From Macrostomum lignano (Eukaryota): a stretch of DNA of 64,000 nt. A program made the translations under genes and the position numbers. Where the stretch lies: assembly GCA_002269645.1 (NCBI GenBank), contig NIVC01000107.1, forward strand, positions 327,867 to 391,866. The letters run 5' to 3'. The notes below the pieces were generated by a model, which saw only the letters and a list, made by a program, of their open reading frames with translations, was not told the DNA's origin and did no database searches. Numbering within the stretch: the stretch's first letter is position 1; each line of letters starts with the position of its first letter. Positions 47,132-60,000 of the stretch are shown one piece after another.

Positions 47132-47506
47132 CCAGTTCGCTAAGCATGCAGGGACTCGCTGCAAATGCGTACCAATGATCGGGTCAGCCCCTTCACCAGC
47201 AGACTTCTCGTTTTCTCTGTCCCGCATCTCTCTCCCTCTGAGCTCTGAAGGACCCGCAGATCCTGGATAAAAAACTCCCAATCACAATCCCAGCTATACA
47301 GTTGTTGTTGTCGACTAGCTGCCCCCCCCCCCAGTGAGCTAATCCATGATTGATAATCTCGGCGGCCTCCCAGTTGCCAATGCCAACGGAGTTGCTCCGG
47401 GAGGGGGTCGCATAAGGAGCGGCTCACGGGCTGGTGCGCGCGCCCGCAATCTGGGGCAGCTGAGAGGCAGGGAGAGACGGCACTGCGCACGGAACTCAGC
47501 TTGTCA

Positions 47507-49251
47507 ATGGAGGACAGCGCAAGCCGCGGCTCAGCTACGTTTCGCAAAGAATCCGGCCGCTCGTCCGCCGCCTCTTCCGTGCCCTCCTCGGCCAAGTCGG
47601 CTAAAAAGAAGCAGCAAAAGAAGCAGCAAAAGCAGCAGCAGAGGCGGTCGTCAGGCTCTTCTTCCTCCTCTGCATCGTCCGAGACCGGCGAGCAGCAGCT
47701 GAACGCGGAGCTGCGGAAGCAAATCGGCGCGGCGCAGGGGCAGTCAGCGGAGAAAATGCAGGCGGAGCGGCCGGCCGGAGCAACTGAAGAAGAGACAGAA
47801 GAAAGCGGAAAAGAAATTGAGCAGGCAGCAGCAGATGAAGGCAAGGAAGGCCAGAATGAGGCGTTAGTTGATGAGAGAGAAATCGATAAAGTGACGGTGG
47901 GTGAGGACGCACCTGATTCAGAAGCTGCTGTGGAAAAAGACTCGCCACCCAAAGAGAAGGAGTCGACGAAAGAGAGAGAAAATGTTGCAAGTCCACTTGC
48001 AGAGCAGGAAGGTGTGGCTGAGGCGGAGCACGCGGATGCAGATGCGCATGCGAATGCGGATGCCGATGCGGATGCGGATGCGAAGACGGATGCGGACGCG
48101 GATGTGGATGCGGATGCGAAGGCGAACAAGGATGCGGATGCGGATGCAGATGTGGATGCGGATGTGGATGCGAAAGCGAACGAGGATGTGAAGACGGATG
48201 CGGATGCGGATGCGGATGCAGATGCGGATGCGGATGCGGATGCGGATGCGAAGATGGATTCGGATGCGGATGCAGATGTGGATGCGGATGTGGATGCGAA
48301 AGCGAACGAGGATGTGAAGACGGATGCGGATGCGGATGCGAAGACGGATGCGGATGCGGATGCGGATGCGGATGCGGATGCGGATGCGGATGTGGATGCG
48401 GATGCAAAGGCGAATAAGGATGCCAAGGCAGACACAAACGTGGATGCAAATGCGGAGGCGGAAGTGAACGCAGGTCCAGATGTCAATGCAGAAGAGAATG
48501 CCGATGCGGAAGTGAATGATCGAAGTCAGTCGCTGCCCCCTGCCATTGAAAGACAGCTGAAGGAGGCCGGGGTACCCGCAGACCAGAGACGTCTGTACTT
48601 TCAGGCCTACACGCGGGTAGAGCGGGGCAGGGGTTACGTGACCCGAGACGACATGTACACGGCGCTCCAGCTGCTGGGGCAGTGCCCGCAGAGCCAGGAG
48701 GAGGTGAGTATCAGAACTAGGGACATTTAGAACTTAATATAAATAAAATTTCTCAAACTTAGAAAAGCATCCTAAAATGGATCATCGGATATTCTCAGGT
48801 GCTCCAGCAGCTCAGCCAGCACGGCGAGCCAGCCGACGGGCGCCTGTCGTTGACCGAGTTCGCCTCGTTCTGCGCCGCCATCTGCCGCAGCCGGGAGGCC
48901 GTCAGAGCAGAGCTGGAGGCCAGCTTCCGCGTCTTCGACACGGACGGCAGCGGCTACCTGGACCGCCAGGAGCTGCGCCGGGCGCTGTTCGGCGACGACG
49001 ACGGCGACGGCGGCGAGGACTTCGAGGAGCTGGCCAGACTGGCCGACACCAACGGTGACGGGAAAATCGACTGCGCCGGTAGGCGATCGTCCATCTCTGA
49101 GGGAATCCTCCTCCAGACGATCTGCTTGCCTCCCACATGTATTTGAGTCATGAGTCCCCCCGTCTGACCCACAGAGTTCTGCCGCCTGGTCACCATGGGC
49201 TTCGAGGAGATGCGGCAGCAGGCGGCGCAGCCTCAGCAGCCGAGGTCCTAA
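47507..49251 (+). CDS. Calmodulin-like EF-hand protein with long acidic (Asp-Ala)n N-terminal region
   Basis: Exons 47507-48703, 48799-49078 and 49175-49251. Canonical loops [12 protein letters not shown] and [12 protein letters not shown] plus two degenerate N-lobe hands. The DA repeat is encoded by gatgcg at about 48035-48460. Confidence 0.8.
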
Positions 49252-49634
49252 CAGAGAGAACTGTCATTTTTACACAGGCAGCACAAAGCATGTTTGATTC
49301 CTCACAGATCTCGGCATCACAGCTTAATTTTGCTTTCTTTATTGCTTTAAACAGCACCCAAATAAAAAGATTTCCTGGAGCAACACTTTTAATTTCGAGT
49401 TAATCACACACTAAAAGCAACAGAAAGTTACAACTTTTTCTGTATAAAATTGACTTATTTGGTGGCAGTTCAATTTAAACATTTTTAGGGAAGCAATTGA
49501 GTTTACAAGTAGAAAAGTAGAAAAACTTGTCGGTCAAACGAAGACATTTAGTGAAATTTGGCCTCTCGGAACAGGCAACCCTGCAGTGTCGAGGCTCCCA
49601 GTAGCTTAACTCAGTCTTCCTAAGTCATCCGAAC

Positions 49635-52600
49635 TCAGAGCTCCCCCTGGCGGGCCGCAGCCGCCGCGCCGCCCAGCACCTGCTCCCTCGGCAGGTCGGC
49701 ATTGCGCAGCAGGTGGTAGTAAAAGTTGATGGCCTTTTCGAACACCGTCACGCCGATGCGCTCGTCGACGCCGTGGTAGCGGTTGGCGTCCCGCATGTGG
49801 ATGTGGTTCGGGGTGAACCTGTACACGTTGCGCGTGAACTGCAGGTAGTGGTTGGTGTCAGTCTTGGCCACAAAGATGCCCGGTAGGACGCGACCGTCCG
49901 TGAACACCTGCTGAGCTGTGCCGGCCACCACCTGGAAGAGTTGCGGATGGACCAGTGACGGACTAAAGGAACCTTGCGAGCTCTTAGATTTTACCTTGAT
50001 GCAAGCAATCTACTCTACCTGAAAGGCGTAGCTGGATTCCTCGCAGTCGGCCACCGGGGAGGCTTCGATGCCGTCCAAGATCTCAATCTGGATCCGGGGA
50101 TCGGCGATGACCTGGCGGTCGTGGTCAACCACCTGCTGAATGGTCTGTGACGGGTGGATGCGATGGTTGACCACCGCCTGGGCGCTGCTGGCCAGCACGT
50201 TGTGCTTGATGCCCGCGTTGAACATGGTGACGGCCGTGGTCGTCCGGATCAGCGCATTGGTCGGTGGATTTCGGCTGAGTGCACTTGAAATTTGCACAGC
50301 GGATAGGCGTTAAAGTCACGTGACTTTTCATGCTTCCATTGGTCTATTAAAGTAGAATCATTACACTTGTCGAGCTTGACTTACTAGCTAACTAGAGGCT
50401 TGAACAGCCACAGATTGTTGAGCACTACTCTGGCCGCGATGTTGGCCTGAAGTTGGCATCGAACAGTTTTGCATTACAATTAGGAACTTTGGGCGATGTA
50501 GTAAATCAAGGCGGCTGCCGACCCGCAGCCAGAGGGCCGGCAAGCGCATTCCGCTGATCCTGAGCTCGCACACGCACGAGTACATGCAAGTGCGCAGGCA
50601 CTGTGCTTCGGGGGCTTACCCTAATGAGCCAGAATCAGGCTAATTTGCGTGCACGAGCTCAAAACTCGGAATCGAACCCCGGGTCACTCGCGCGTTGACC
50701 GCTGAGCTGCTGTGCTTCTGAAACTACTATTAGTAATATTCATAGCCTCCTATGACTCACCGGGAACGGCAGCTTCAGGTAAGTTGATAGGAGCTCCAGG
50801 ATCGCCTTCTCCGGTCCGTTGCCCAGCTGAGACGGCTGCTGACTGGCTTCGAGCCGCGCCACCGCCCTGGCCAGGACGCCGATGACGCTCTCGGCCGGCG
50901 GCATGGACGAGTGGCCGGGCGTCGAGTTGTAGCTCAGGCGCAGGTTCACGTAGCCCTTCTCGGACACGCCGATTCTGCAATGCATTTGCGGTTGGCAGTC
51001 GGATCCGAGTTTGTCCAGGAGTTGCAGACCGATTTCAAGGCGGTAGGCAACTGCGGCAACGCCAAAATGCGGCAACGCTCACATAATCGCAGGGGCGCTG
51101 AGGCCGGGCACGAAGCCGTCCAGCACTACCATGCCTTCGTCGGACACGAACTCGAGCTTCTGAACCTTCTCCACGGTGCGCAGGTGCTCGGCGATGCGAG
51201 CTGCGCCCTGAAAGCCGTGAATCTGCAGCGGCGGATGTTTTATTGCTGAGATTTTTCATAGCCTTAGAGAGGTCGGGGCGCAGATCCCCGCCCCCACCGG
51301 ACTCATGATTGCGTGCCTGCTAGAAGTAGAATTCATGACAATATAGCTTCTTGGAAATGTTTGAGGGCAAAACCAAAACATCAGGATGTCATTTCTAGCT
51401 CGTAAGTCTTGTTTTAATTGGGTTGGTCACAAAAGTTTATGCTCGAAGTTTCCAGGAATCGAAGTGCATCTATCGAATTTTTGTTAGCATTGCGTCTCCT
51501 GCTCACCTCCTCGTCGTGGCCAAACGCGATGTAAAACGTCCTCTTCGGCTTCCAGTCCTTGGCGAGCAGGTACTCCATCGCCTCCAGGATGCCCTGCGAG
51601 AATTGCAGCCAGCGAGAGTTGGTGAAAACCTTTCGGAGAAATGAGAGCAGCTGGAATGACTCACGAAAACTCCGACTTTGTCGTCAATGGTGCCGCGCGC
51701 GTAGATGTAGCCGTCCTCCACCACGGCGTCGAAATGCGGCTTGGTCCAGTTCTGACCGTCTGAGGAGAAACACAGGTTGCACACAAAATTCTGGACATTC
51801 TCGAGAAAATTACGGGAATTGGTCGAATACGCATTAAATTTTCTCAAGAATGGATTAGTCTGGAATTCCCCTCGTGAACCCTCACATCTCAACAATTCCC
51901 CCGATGAACCCTGGAGTCTCAACAATCCCCCCCCATGAACCCTGGAGTCTCAACAATCCCCCCATGAACCCTGCAGTCTCAGCAATTCCCCCCATGAACC
52001 CTGGAGTCTCAACAATCCCCCCATGAACCCTGCAGTCTCAGCAATTCCCCCCATGAACCCTGGAGTCTCAACAAGTCCCCCATGAACCCTGTAGTCTCAG
52101 CAATTCCCCCCATGAACCCTGGAGTCTCAACAATTCCCCCCATGAACCCTGGAGTCTCAGCAATTCCCCCATGAACCCTGGAGTCTCAGCAATTCCCCCC
52201 ATGAACTTGTAATCTCAGCAATTCCCCCGATGAACCCTGGAGTCTCAGCAATTTCCCCCATGAACCCTGGAGTCTCAACAATTCCCCCCATGAACCCTGG
52301 AGTCTCAGCAATTCCCCCCATGAACTTGTAATCTCAGCAATTCCCCCGATGAACCCTGGAGTCTCAGCAATTCCCCCATGAACCCTGGAGTCTCAGCAAT
52401 TCCCCCATAAACCCTGGAGTCTCAGCAATTCCCCCCATGAACCCTGGAGTCTCAGCAATTCCCCCCATGAACCCTGGAGTCTCAGCAATTCCCCCATGAA
52501 CCCTGGAGTCTCAGCAATTCCCCCCATGAACTTGTAATCTCAGCAATTCCCCCGATGAACCCTGGAGTCTCAGCAATTTCCCCCATGAACCCTGGAGTCT

Positions 52601-53885
52601 CAACAATTCCCCCATGAACCCTGGAGTCTCAGCAATTCCCCCGATGAACCCTGGAGTCTCAGCAATTCCCCCATGAACCCTGGAGTCTCAGCAATTCCCC
52701 CCATGAACATGGAATCTCAGCAATTGCCCCATGAACCCTGGAGTCTCAGCAATTCCCCATAAGGCTTGGCATCTCAGCAAGTGCATATCTGTATCTAAGA
52801 GTAAGAGCGGTCTCACCAGTCGGCACAACATCCAGGTGAGACATGAGCAGCGCTGGCAGCAGGCTGGAGTCCGAGCCCTGCACCTTGTACAGCAGGCTGT
52901 ACTGGTTGATCACAGTGAGCTTCACAGACGACTTGGCCCATAGTCAGGAAGGTGGCAGTTTGGTCGGAAAATTCCGGCGCACACAAGCCCTTTTTGGGCA
53001 CACAACGGCGCACAACGGCGCACAGCGGCGCGCCACAACAGCGCACAGCGGCGCACTGGCGCACAGCGGCGCACAACGGCGCACACCAGAGGACACCGGC
53101 GCATGGCGGCGCGGCGCGGCGGGCGCCGCGCCACATGCAGCGTTACCCTTGTGGCGATCCCATGTAACGATGTAAGTCGTTACTTGTTACAGTACACTAT
53201 TCACTGTTCTATCTAATGTAACACTGCATTCTACCAAAAAATAAAAAATAAAATAAAATATTTTCCTTTTCCTTTTTACCTTTGTTTTTGCCATTTGCTT
53301 ACTTTTTATGTTTGTTTTGTTTTAAAAATTAGAAATTAAATTAAAAATTTTTTAAATTTCTATTTTCGGTTTAACGATCTCAATTTCTCATAATATAATA
53401 TAGATAGCCCGTAACCGTCCCGTATATTGGCGCACAAAAATTGTTGCTATGTTGTAAAAAAAGGTCTTTTATTGTCGCAAGGCAGGTAGTGGCGGGCGCA
53501 CAACGGCGCACACGAGGGTTTTTGTGTCGGCGCACGGCGCACAATTTTGGGAGAGGCCAAAATTTGTTCCGGCGCACACTCTGCCACCTTCCTGACTATG
53601 GGACTTGGCCGAGTGCACCCGGGGGAAGCTGCTCCGGATGAAGCTGACCATCTCGGCCAGCTGCTGGGTGTCCTGCCTGCCGATGTCGTAGGACACCGTG
53701 CGGAACCGGAGGCCCCGCTGGAAGCGGGCCAGGCGCTCCTCAGTCAGCTGGATGAAGTCTTCATCAGACTTGGCGCAGGGCCGCAGTGTGAGGCGGATGC
53801 TGCGCGAGTTGAGCGAGTTGAGCAGCAGCAGGAAGCTGAGCAGCCCGGCCAAGCAGGCGATCGTGACGAGAGCGGTGCGGGCCAT
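49635..53885 (-). CDS. PM20D1: Peptidase M20 domain-containing protein 1 (N-fatty-acyl amino acid synthase/hydrolase); exon 1 interrupted by a MITE
   Basis: Exons 53885-53602 plus 52929-52817, 51759-51665, 51593-51507, 51222-51083, 50974-50761, 50446-50385, 50283-50019 and 49931-49635 (about 518 aa). Motifs YSLLYKVQGSD, SHLDVVP, YARGTIDDK, FGHDEE, DEG, GVSEKG, GHSSMPP, TDTNHY and HGVDERI. Confidence 0.93.
51890..52760. repeat. Intronic minisatellite, about 30-bp unit
   Basis: ccccatgaaccctggagtctcagcaattcc copies in a PM20D1 intron. Confidence 0.95.
52938..53601. mobile_element. MITE, 664 bp, perfect 21-bp TIR, 8-bp TSD, inserted in a PM20D1 coding exon
   Basis: TIR ccatagtcaggaaggtggcag at 52938-52958 and 53581-53601. 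TSD gacttggc at 52930-52937 and 53602-53609. Subterminal gcgcac(a/g) repeats and an AT-rich core. Confidence 0.95.
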
Positions 53886-54685
53886 GGAGAGCTTCCGAAT
53901 GCAGTTGACTCCTGGCTGCTCCGCGGCTTGCTGTATGAGCAGCGTGTGTAGCTGCTGCATGCTGGGCCGCCAACCCCTCCTCTACCCCACTATCAGCGGA
54001 CTGGGGGGTGGGGCAGACAGGGGTTGAAAGTTTCGCGAGAGTGCACCAAGGGGAGGGGGTGGGGGCGCAGAGGGACGGAATACCCGCTGAATGTACATTC
54101 ACTCCCTCGTATCATGCGGTTATGCACATAGAAAATGTACATGGCCATGGACACTACGATTCACGCTTGCTCTGTTCTGCTTTAGTTGTTAGCGCGGTTT
54201 TTAGATAACGAGAAGACATTAACAGAACTTTGATTTGAACCGTTATCAAATTTGAAAACTTTATAGATAGGGTGTGTTAAGTACCTTTATTAATTGAAGT
54301 ATATTGAGCCGCGCATTTTCATTAACTACTTCTGTATATTTATTACGGTGAAACATAGCTTATCTTATTTAAAAGTACTCAATAAACATGAAGTGATCGA
54401 AAATTCAAGAAATGATTGTGACAATGATGGCGCTCTGTACTGCAGACCCAGCTTTCTGGTTGTGAAATAGACAGCCAAAAACCAGCGGCCGAGAACGGCA
54501 GGCAGTTTGCGGACGTAGTCGGGCGTCAAATATATACAGCGAACTTTCATCCGGCAACTAAACTTTATAAACTTTGACGCACCACGCCTGTCACTGCGCT
54601 GTTGACCATTTTCTGGGCATTAAAATGTCAAGCTGCTGAGCCAATCTTGTACTGTAGAATGGATTTTGCGCTAGCGTCAGCCTGT

Positions 54686-55208
54686 TGGACCTTCGGGACC
54701 TTCGGGACCTTCGGGACCTTCGGGACCTTCGGGACCTTCGGGACCTTCGGGACCTTCGGGACCTTCGGGACCTTCGGGACCTTCGGGACCTTCGGGACCT
54801 TCGGACCTTCGACCTTCGGGACCTTCGGGACCTTCGGGACCTTCGGGACCTTCGGGACCTTCGGGACCTTCGGGACCTTCGGGACCTTCGGGACCTTCGG
54901 GACCTTCGGGACCTTCGGGACCTTCGGGACCTTCGGACCTTCGACCTTCGGGACCTTCGGGACCTTCGGACCTTCGGGACCTTCGGGACCTTCGGGACCT
55001 TCGGGACCTTCGGGACCTTCGGGACCTTCGGGACCTTCGGGACCTTCGGGACCTTCGGGACCTTCGGGACCTTCGGGACCTTCGGGACCTTCGGGACCTT
55101 CGGGACCTTCGGGACCTTCGGGACCTTCGGGACCTTCGGGACCTTCGGGACCTTCGGGACCTTCGGGACCTTCGGGACCTTCGGGACCTATGGGACCTTC
55201 GGGACCTC
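54686..55208. repeat. Minisatellite, 9-bp unit (gggaccttc)
   Basis: Explains the PEG/PKV/GTF pseudo-ORFs. Lies just 3' of the RING gene stop. Confidence 0.95.
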
Positions 55209-55229
55209 CAAAACCTTCGCGCGCGAGCG

Positions 55230-56462
55230 TCATGCGGACACAAGTGTCTGTGGCGCCACTGTGAAGCCGTTGATCACCCAGTTCTGGCAGTCGCCGAGGT
55301 ACAGCACGCTCCTGGCCGTGTCGTAGGCCATGCCGGAGATTTTGCCGGCGCACGGCAGCTCCTTCACTGGCGAGAGCGCGCCGAGCTCGGTGCGCAGGAT
55401 GACCAGCCGGCTGCCCGGCTTGCTGCAGCTGTCCGCCGGCCTCTCGTGGCTCCGGGCCGCCAACAGCAGCAGGCCCGGCGACAGCAGCTGCAGGAAATTC
55501 GGTTGGGCCTCCACCGACAGCTGGCTGAGCAGGCTGAGGCCGTCGGCACTCAGGACGCAGATCTTGCGCGCGTCCGAGTCGCTGGCAAAGACGCGCAAAT
55601 CATCGCAGGTGACATCCACCAGCAGCTGGAAACCCTGGCAATCGGCGCCCGTGGGCCTGCAGTCGGCCGTCCAGAAGCTGCTGAGGCGGGTGCCGTTGCC
55701 GCTGACCACAAAGAGGCGCCGGGATGCGACCTGCACGCAGCTGGCGGTCGGGCAGGGCAGCTCCGAGATGATGCTTGACACGGTGCCAGTCAGGTCCGCC
55801 AGCACCACCTGGTGCCGCATGAAGTCAGACAGCACCAGCCGGTTGCTGCTGCGGTCGAAGCTGGCCCTGTAGATGTTAAAAAACTGGTCGTCGGGCCAGG
55901 AAAGCCGCCAGCAGCTCACCAGGAGGCGCCCGTCGAGTGCGAACAGGCGGGCTTCATCCAGGTCGTCGCCGACGCAGAACAGCAGGTCAGACGGCAAAGC
56001 CGGCAGGTTCGGCGCCTCCTCCAGGGGGCTCCAGCGGACGATGCGCTTCCTGGCCGAGTCGTAGAACAGCTTGGCGTCGCGGTGCTGCACCAGCACCAGG
56101 TCCCACGGCTCGCCCTGGCAGTGGATCTGGTTGGCCAGGCTGCCCGGCCACTCCAGAGGCGCCGCGGTCTCGGTCTCGTGGCGCAGAATCTCCGAGCGAG
56201 CCCGCACGGCCTCCATCACGAGATCCTCCATGGCGGTGTTTCGCTTCGCCGAAGTTGGAGCGACGCTGCAGGTTGTGCGGCACAGCGGGCACTTGAACCG
56301 GCCCTCGCCCTGCGAGTACAGCGCTGTGTAGCAGTCGCTGCAGAGCGTGTGGCAGCAGGGCAGCACCAGCTTGGGGTGCGCGTACATGCAGAGGCAGATG
56401 GGACACGTGACTTTCTCTTCGAGCTCGTCTGCGTGGCTCTGCAGCTCAGGCAGCCGGTCCAT
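55230..56462 (-). CDS. RING-HC E3 ligase (TRIM-type RING) with C-terminal NHL-like beta-propeller, single exon, 410 aa
   Basis: [25 protein letters not shown]...CPLCR. Repeated blade-like segments ([31 protein letters not shown]...LYLGDC). No B-box evident. Confidence 0.82.
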   Translation of the reverse strand: MDRLPELQSHADELEEKVTCPICLCMYAHPKLVLPCCHTLCSDCYTALYSQGEGRFKCPLCRTTCSVAPTSAKRNTAMEDLVMEAVRARSEILRHETETAAPLEWPGSLANQIHCQGEPWDLVLVQHRDAKLFYDSARKRIVRWSPLEEAPNLPALPSDLLFCVGDDLDEARLFALDGRLLVSCWRLSWPDDQFFNIYRASFDRSSNRLVLSDFMRHQVVLADLTGTVSSIISELPCPTASCVQVASRRLFVVSGNGTRLSSFWTADCRPTGADCQGFQLLVDVTCDDLRVFASDSDARKICVLSADGLSLLSQLSVEAQPNFLQLLSPGLLLLAARSHERPADSCSKPGSRLVILRTELGALSPVKELPCAGKISGMAYDTARSVLYLGDCQNWVINGFTVAPQTLVSA

Positions 56463-56520
56463 GGTAGATTGCTGACAGCCTCTGAGCCCAATACTGTGTG
56501 ATTGTATCTGTCCCAGCTGA

Positions 56521-56534
56521 GTTTCTGTGGCAAT
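56521..56534. promoter_or_regulatory. X-box-like motif in the divergent promoter of the RING and CAP-Gly genes
   Basis: gtttctgtggcaat, near the RFX consensus. Confidence 0.3.
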
Positions 56535-57060
56535 GCAGGCAGATCAAATGTTATCACTAATGATGCCGTTTATACATGTAGCAAAGGACTGGAACATGCA
56601 GGAGCGGCTGAGCTTCCTGTGCGAGCGCTCAGTCTCTCTCCCCAGGTGCAGCGGGACTGGCATCTGTTTGACTTTTGATTCTAAAAGTGAAGCAGCCTCG
56701 TTCTGTTAAGCCTGCATGGATCAGCTATTTGCGGCCCTGACTGGCACTGGCACCCGCCTCCATACTGTGCTGCGCTTCTGCCCGCCCCCAGCCAGCTGCC
56801 TCCATCGCGCGCCATCTGCTGTGTGTGGCCTTGCAGTCGAGTTTCGGTGACAAATATTTGCTAAAATTCATGCAGTGACTTTGAAGGAGTGAAAATTATT
56901 GCTCATATTTGCTTATGCCGGGCAGGTACAAAGGAAAGCAACTCAAAGGAGCTTATAAAAGCAGATGGAGAGGCCAGCAGCCGAGAGCAGGGCTCAGTCC
57001 TGACTTTGAGCAACCTGGGCGAATCGATCAAACTTCGCCTTTCCGAAGCCTCATCAAGCG

Positions 57061-60000
57061 ATGCAGCGGGCCGCTGCTTCTCCCGAAGAGGCGGCGGGTC
57101 TGCGGAACCAGCAGCTGCTGCTCACCAAGCAGCTGAGAGACCGGCAATCGGAGATCAACCAGCTGAAGAAGTCGCTGAGAAAAACTCGAGACAAGGGTAA
57201 GTTTGCTGGTTTCTGCCCCTGCTTGCTGCTCAGCCTGTGAACTCGCGCAACTCGGAGCTTCCGTTTCAGTTGAGCACGCGGAGTCCATCGCTGCCGCCAG
57301 CGCCCAGCTCAAGGATCGAATCAAGGAGCTCGAGTGAGTCCCTGTTTGTGCGATGTTGTTGTTGATGTAGCTGGCATGATAAACATGATTAGTCACTGCA
57401 GCTGGCATGATAAACATGATTAGTCACTGCAGCTGGCATGATAAACATGATTAGTCACTGCAGCTGGCATGATAAACATGATTAGTTACTGCAGCTGGCA
57501 TGATAAACATGATTAGTTACTGCTGCTTGCCCTGCTCAGGTGATGGGGCTGTCCAGACAGAGGCAATAATATTGAATGTAACGAATGAGGCCCGCTTAGC
57601 TGGATCTGCAATTAATTAGGGGTCTCAGACCTCTCAGTACTTTGACTGGCCCGCTTCAAGAAATTTTCTTCCTCAGACTCCCCGCTGAGTTGCTAGGGCG
57701 GGCAGAAACCCGGAAGTTTTCTCCCCTCACTTCAACTCAGTTTTACCAGGCCTTGCATTTGAGTTCTCCAGCCTCAAGAGATGGGGCTGACAAAGGCGCT
57801 TCCTGAGAGCTGAGGGCTTAAAATGACGTCCTGGCTTTGAATTGCAGGCTTCAGGTGCGCGAGGGAGCGGCAGAGGGCGGCAGACTGCAAGCTGAGCTGC
57901 TCAGAACCAGCGACCACCTGCAGGTACCGTTGCTATGCTGGGCCTGGTAGAGCCGTTCGTGCACCTGGAGTGGCGCCGAGTCAAAGAACTTGTCGAACCA
58001 TTGCAGCGCGCCAAGGACACCATAGCGGACCTGCGCGGCCAGAATGAGAACCTGAAGGAGCAGGTCAGAGTGGAGGTCGAGCGGCGGGCGAAGCTCGAGG
58101 CCGAGCTGCAGGACTGCGAGAAGGCGTGCAACGAGAACCGGGCCCTCCGCGAGGAGCTCGCCGAGCTCCGCCGGGCTGCCGACGACGCTGACCGGCTGGT
58201 GCGGTCGAGTCGGCGCCTGCAGCGACAGCAGGCGGATCAGCTGCTGGCGGTGAAGGCTGAGAATGCTCGGCTGCTCAAGGCGAATGAGGCGATCGCCTCT
58301 CTGGAGGAGGAGGTGGAGGCGCTGCGGACTCTCGTCTGCGACAAGGACGCAGCCATGCAGCGTCAGGTCAGAACCATGGAGGCGCTCAAGGAGCTCATCC
58401 AGCGGCTGCGCCAGGTCCATCCCGGGGTGAACGAAAGCATCGACGAGTTTTTCCGGGCGTCGACAAGCGAGGAGGACGACTGGGTGGAGGAGGACGAGGA
58501 CTTTGAGCGCAGGCGACTGCTCTACTCGCGGCCGAAAAGCGGCGCCGTTCGAATGGCAAGCCGAAGCTCGCCGACTCGGCAGCCAAGGGTGCGGTGCGTT
58601 GACTACTGGGCTAATTGTTGCTCCTGGGTGGTTGACTGCTGGGCTAATTGTTGCTCCTGGGTGGTTGACTGCTGGGCTAATTGTTGCTCCTGGGTGGTTG
58701 ACTGCTGGGCTAATTGTTGCTCCTGGGTGGTTGACTGCTGGCTAATTGTTGCTCCTGGGTGGTTGACTGCTGGGCTAATTGTTGATCCTGGGTGGTTGAC
58801 TGCTGGGCTAATTGTTGCTCCTGGGTGGTTTCTGTTGCAAAATTAAGACGACAATTAACTCGCCAGTAGCTCCGCCCTGGTTCGTTGGCTCTGACTTGAT
58901 CGTCCTTGGGTTGTGCATCTCGAGTCCCAATTTCCACACGGACTCCCACAAAAATTTGGCATCGAACAAAGGGGCTCGAGAGTCGTATCGATCATGTTTC
59001 TTTGATTAGACCAGAATTTTCCTGCTCCTCAAAGTTCCTGCCAACCTCCCATCCCGGATCCCGATGCCCAGAGCGTGTCGGTGACGTCAAACCGCAGCGC
59101 GGATTGGGACCGCCAGCCCAGCCAGGCTGCGTCGCGAGCCTCCGCCAGGGCCGAGACGGCCGTCAGGGCTGGCAGCTGCGAGCCGGCAAGGTCGGCCTCG
59201 TCGCTGGCGGGTCCGCCGGCCACAGCGTTGGGCAAGAAGCGACTGGACGCGGTGGCCTCGCTGTACGTGCAGCTTGGCAGCCGGGTGACTGTGGAGGTCC
59301 ATGGTGAGCTCAGCTCAGGCTGCTCTAGAGATTTAAGGATGTCTTGAATTTCTAATCGGTTGCTTTTGTGGCATTTTCCACCGGCAAATGCAGTTGCAAA
59401 GAATTAAAATCTGAATTTTAAGGTTTTAATGCAAATAACACGTTGTCAACACAAGACCAATGTAGCACATACATAACAGGAGGTAAAACTCAAAAAGATT
59501 GTGTCATTTTGGAGGCCAAATTCCTGGATTATATAGTTGTGCAATGAATTGCTCATTTGCTTGCTGTTTTCTTCGATTTTATGAGCCCAAAGTTGTAACT
59601 ACATGTACTCACAAGTGGCATTTCCTGAACTTTTTGTTTCGTTTTTTTCTGTGGCCTCCGAAAAAATTACGCACTATCTTTGAGCTTTACGTCCGGTTAT
59701 CCTACAGTGGTCCTTGAATCAACAGACCGTTGAGCCATGGTGGGAGTTAGAAAATTTCGGGGAGGCATGATGCATTTTGGCACCTGACTGACTTGTTTTT
59801 AGGCAAAACTGAGACTGGCCGTTCAGGCGGGGTCAGGCCCGAACCCGCCGATACGTGGACTGCCTGCTGTGCGACGCTGGGGCGCCCAACACTGCCAACG
59901 GAGCGGACTTTGTTCGCTACCAGGCTCTGCGGCGTGCCATCTGACGTGCCCTGCTTTAACTGTGACTGTGCATGCGGGGTCGCGTATTTTGTTGTTGCTG

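Noticed and set aside
54602-55353. Collagen-like or PEG/PKV repeat ORFs
   Set aside because: Translations of a 9-bp minisatellite that is open in several frames on both strands, with no splice or start context.
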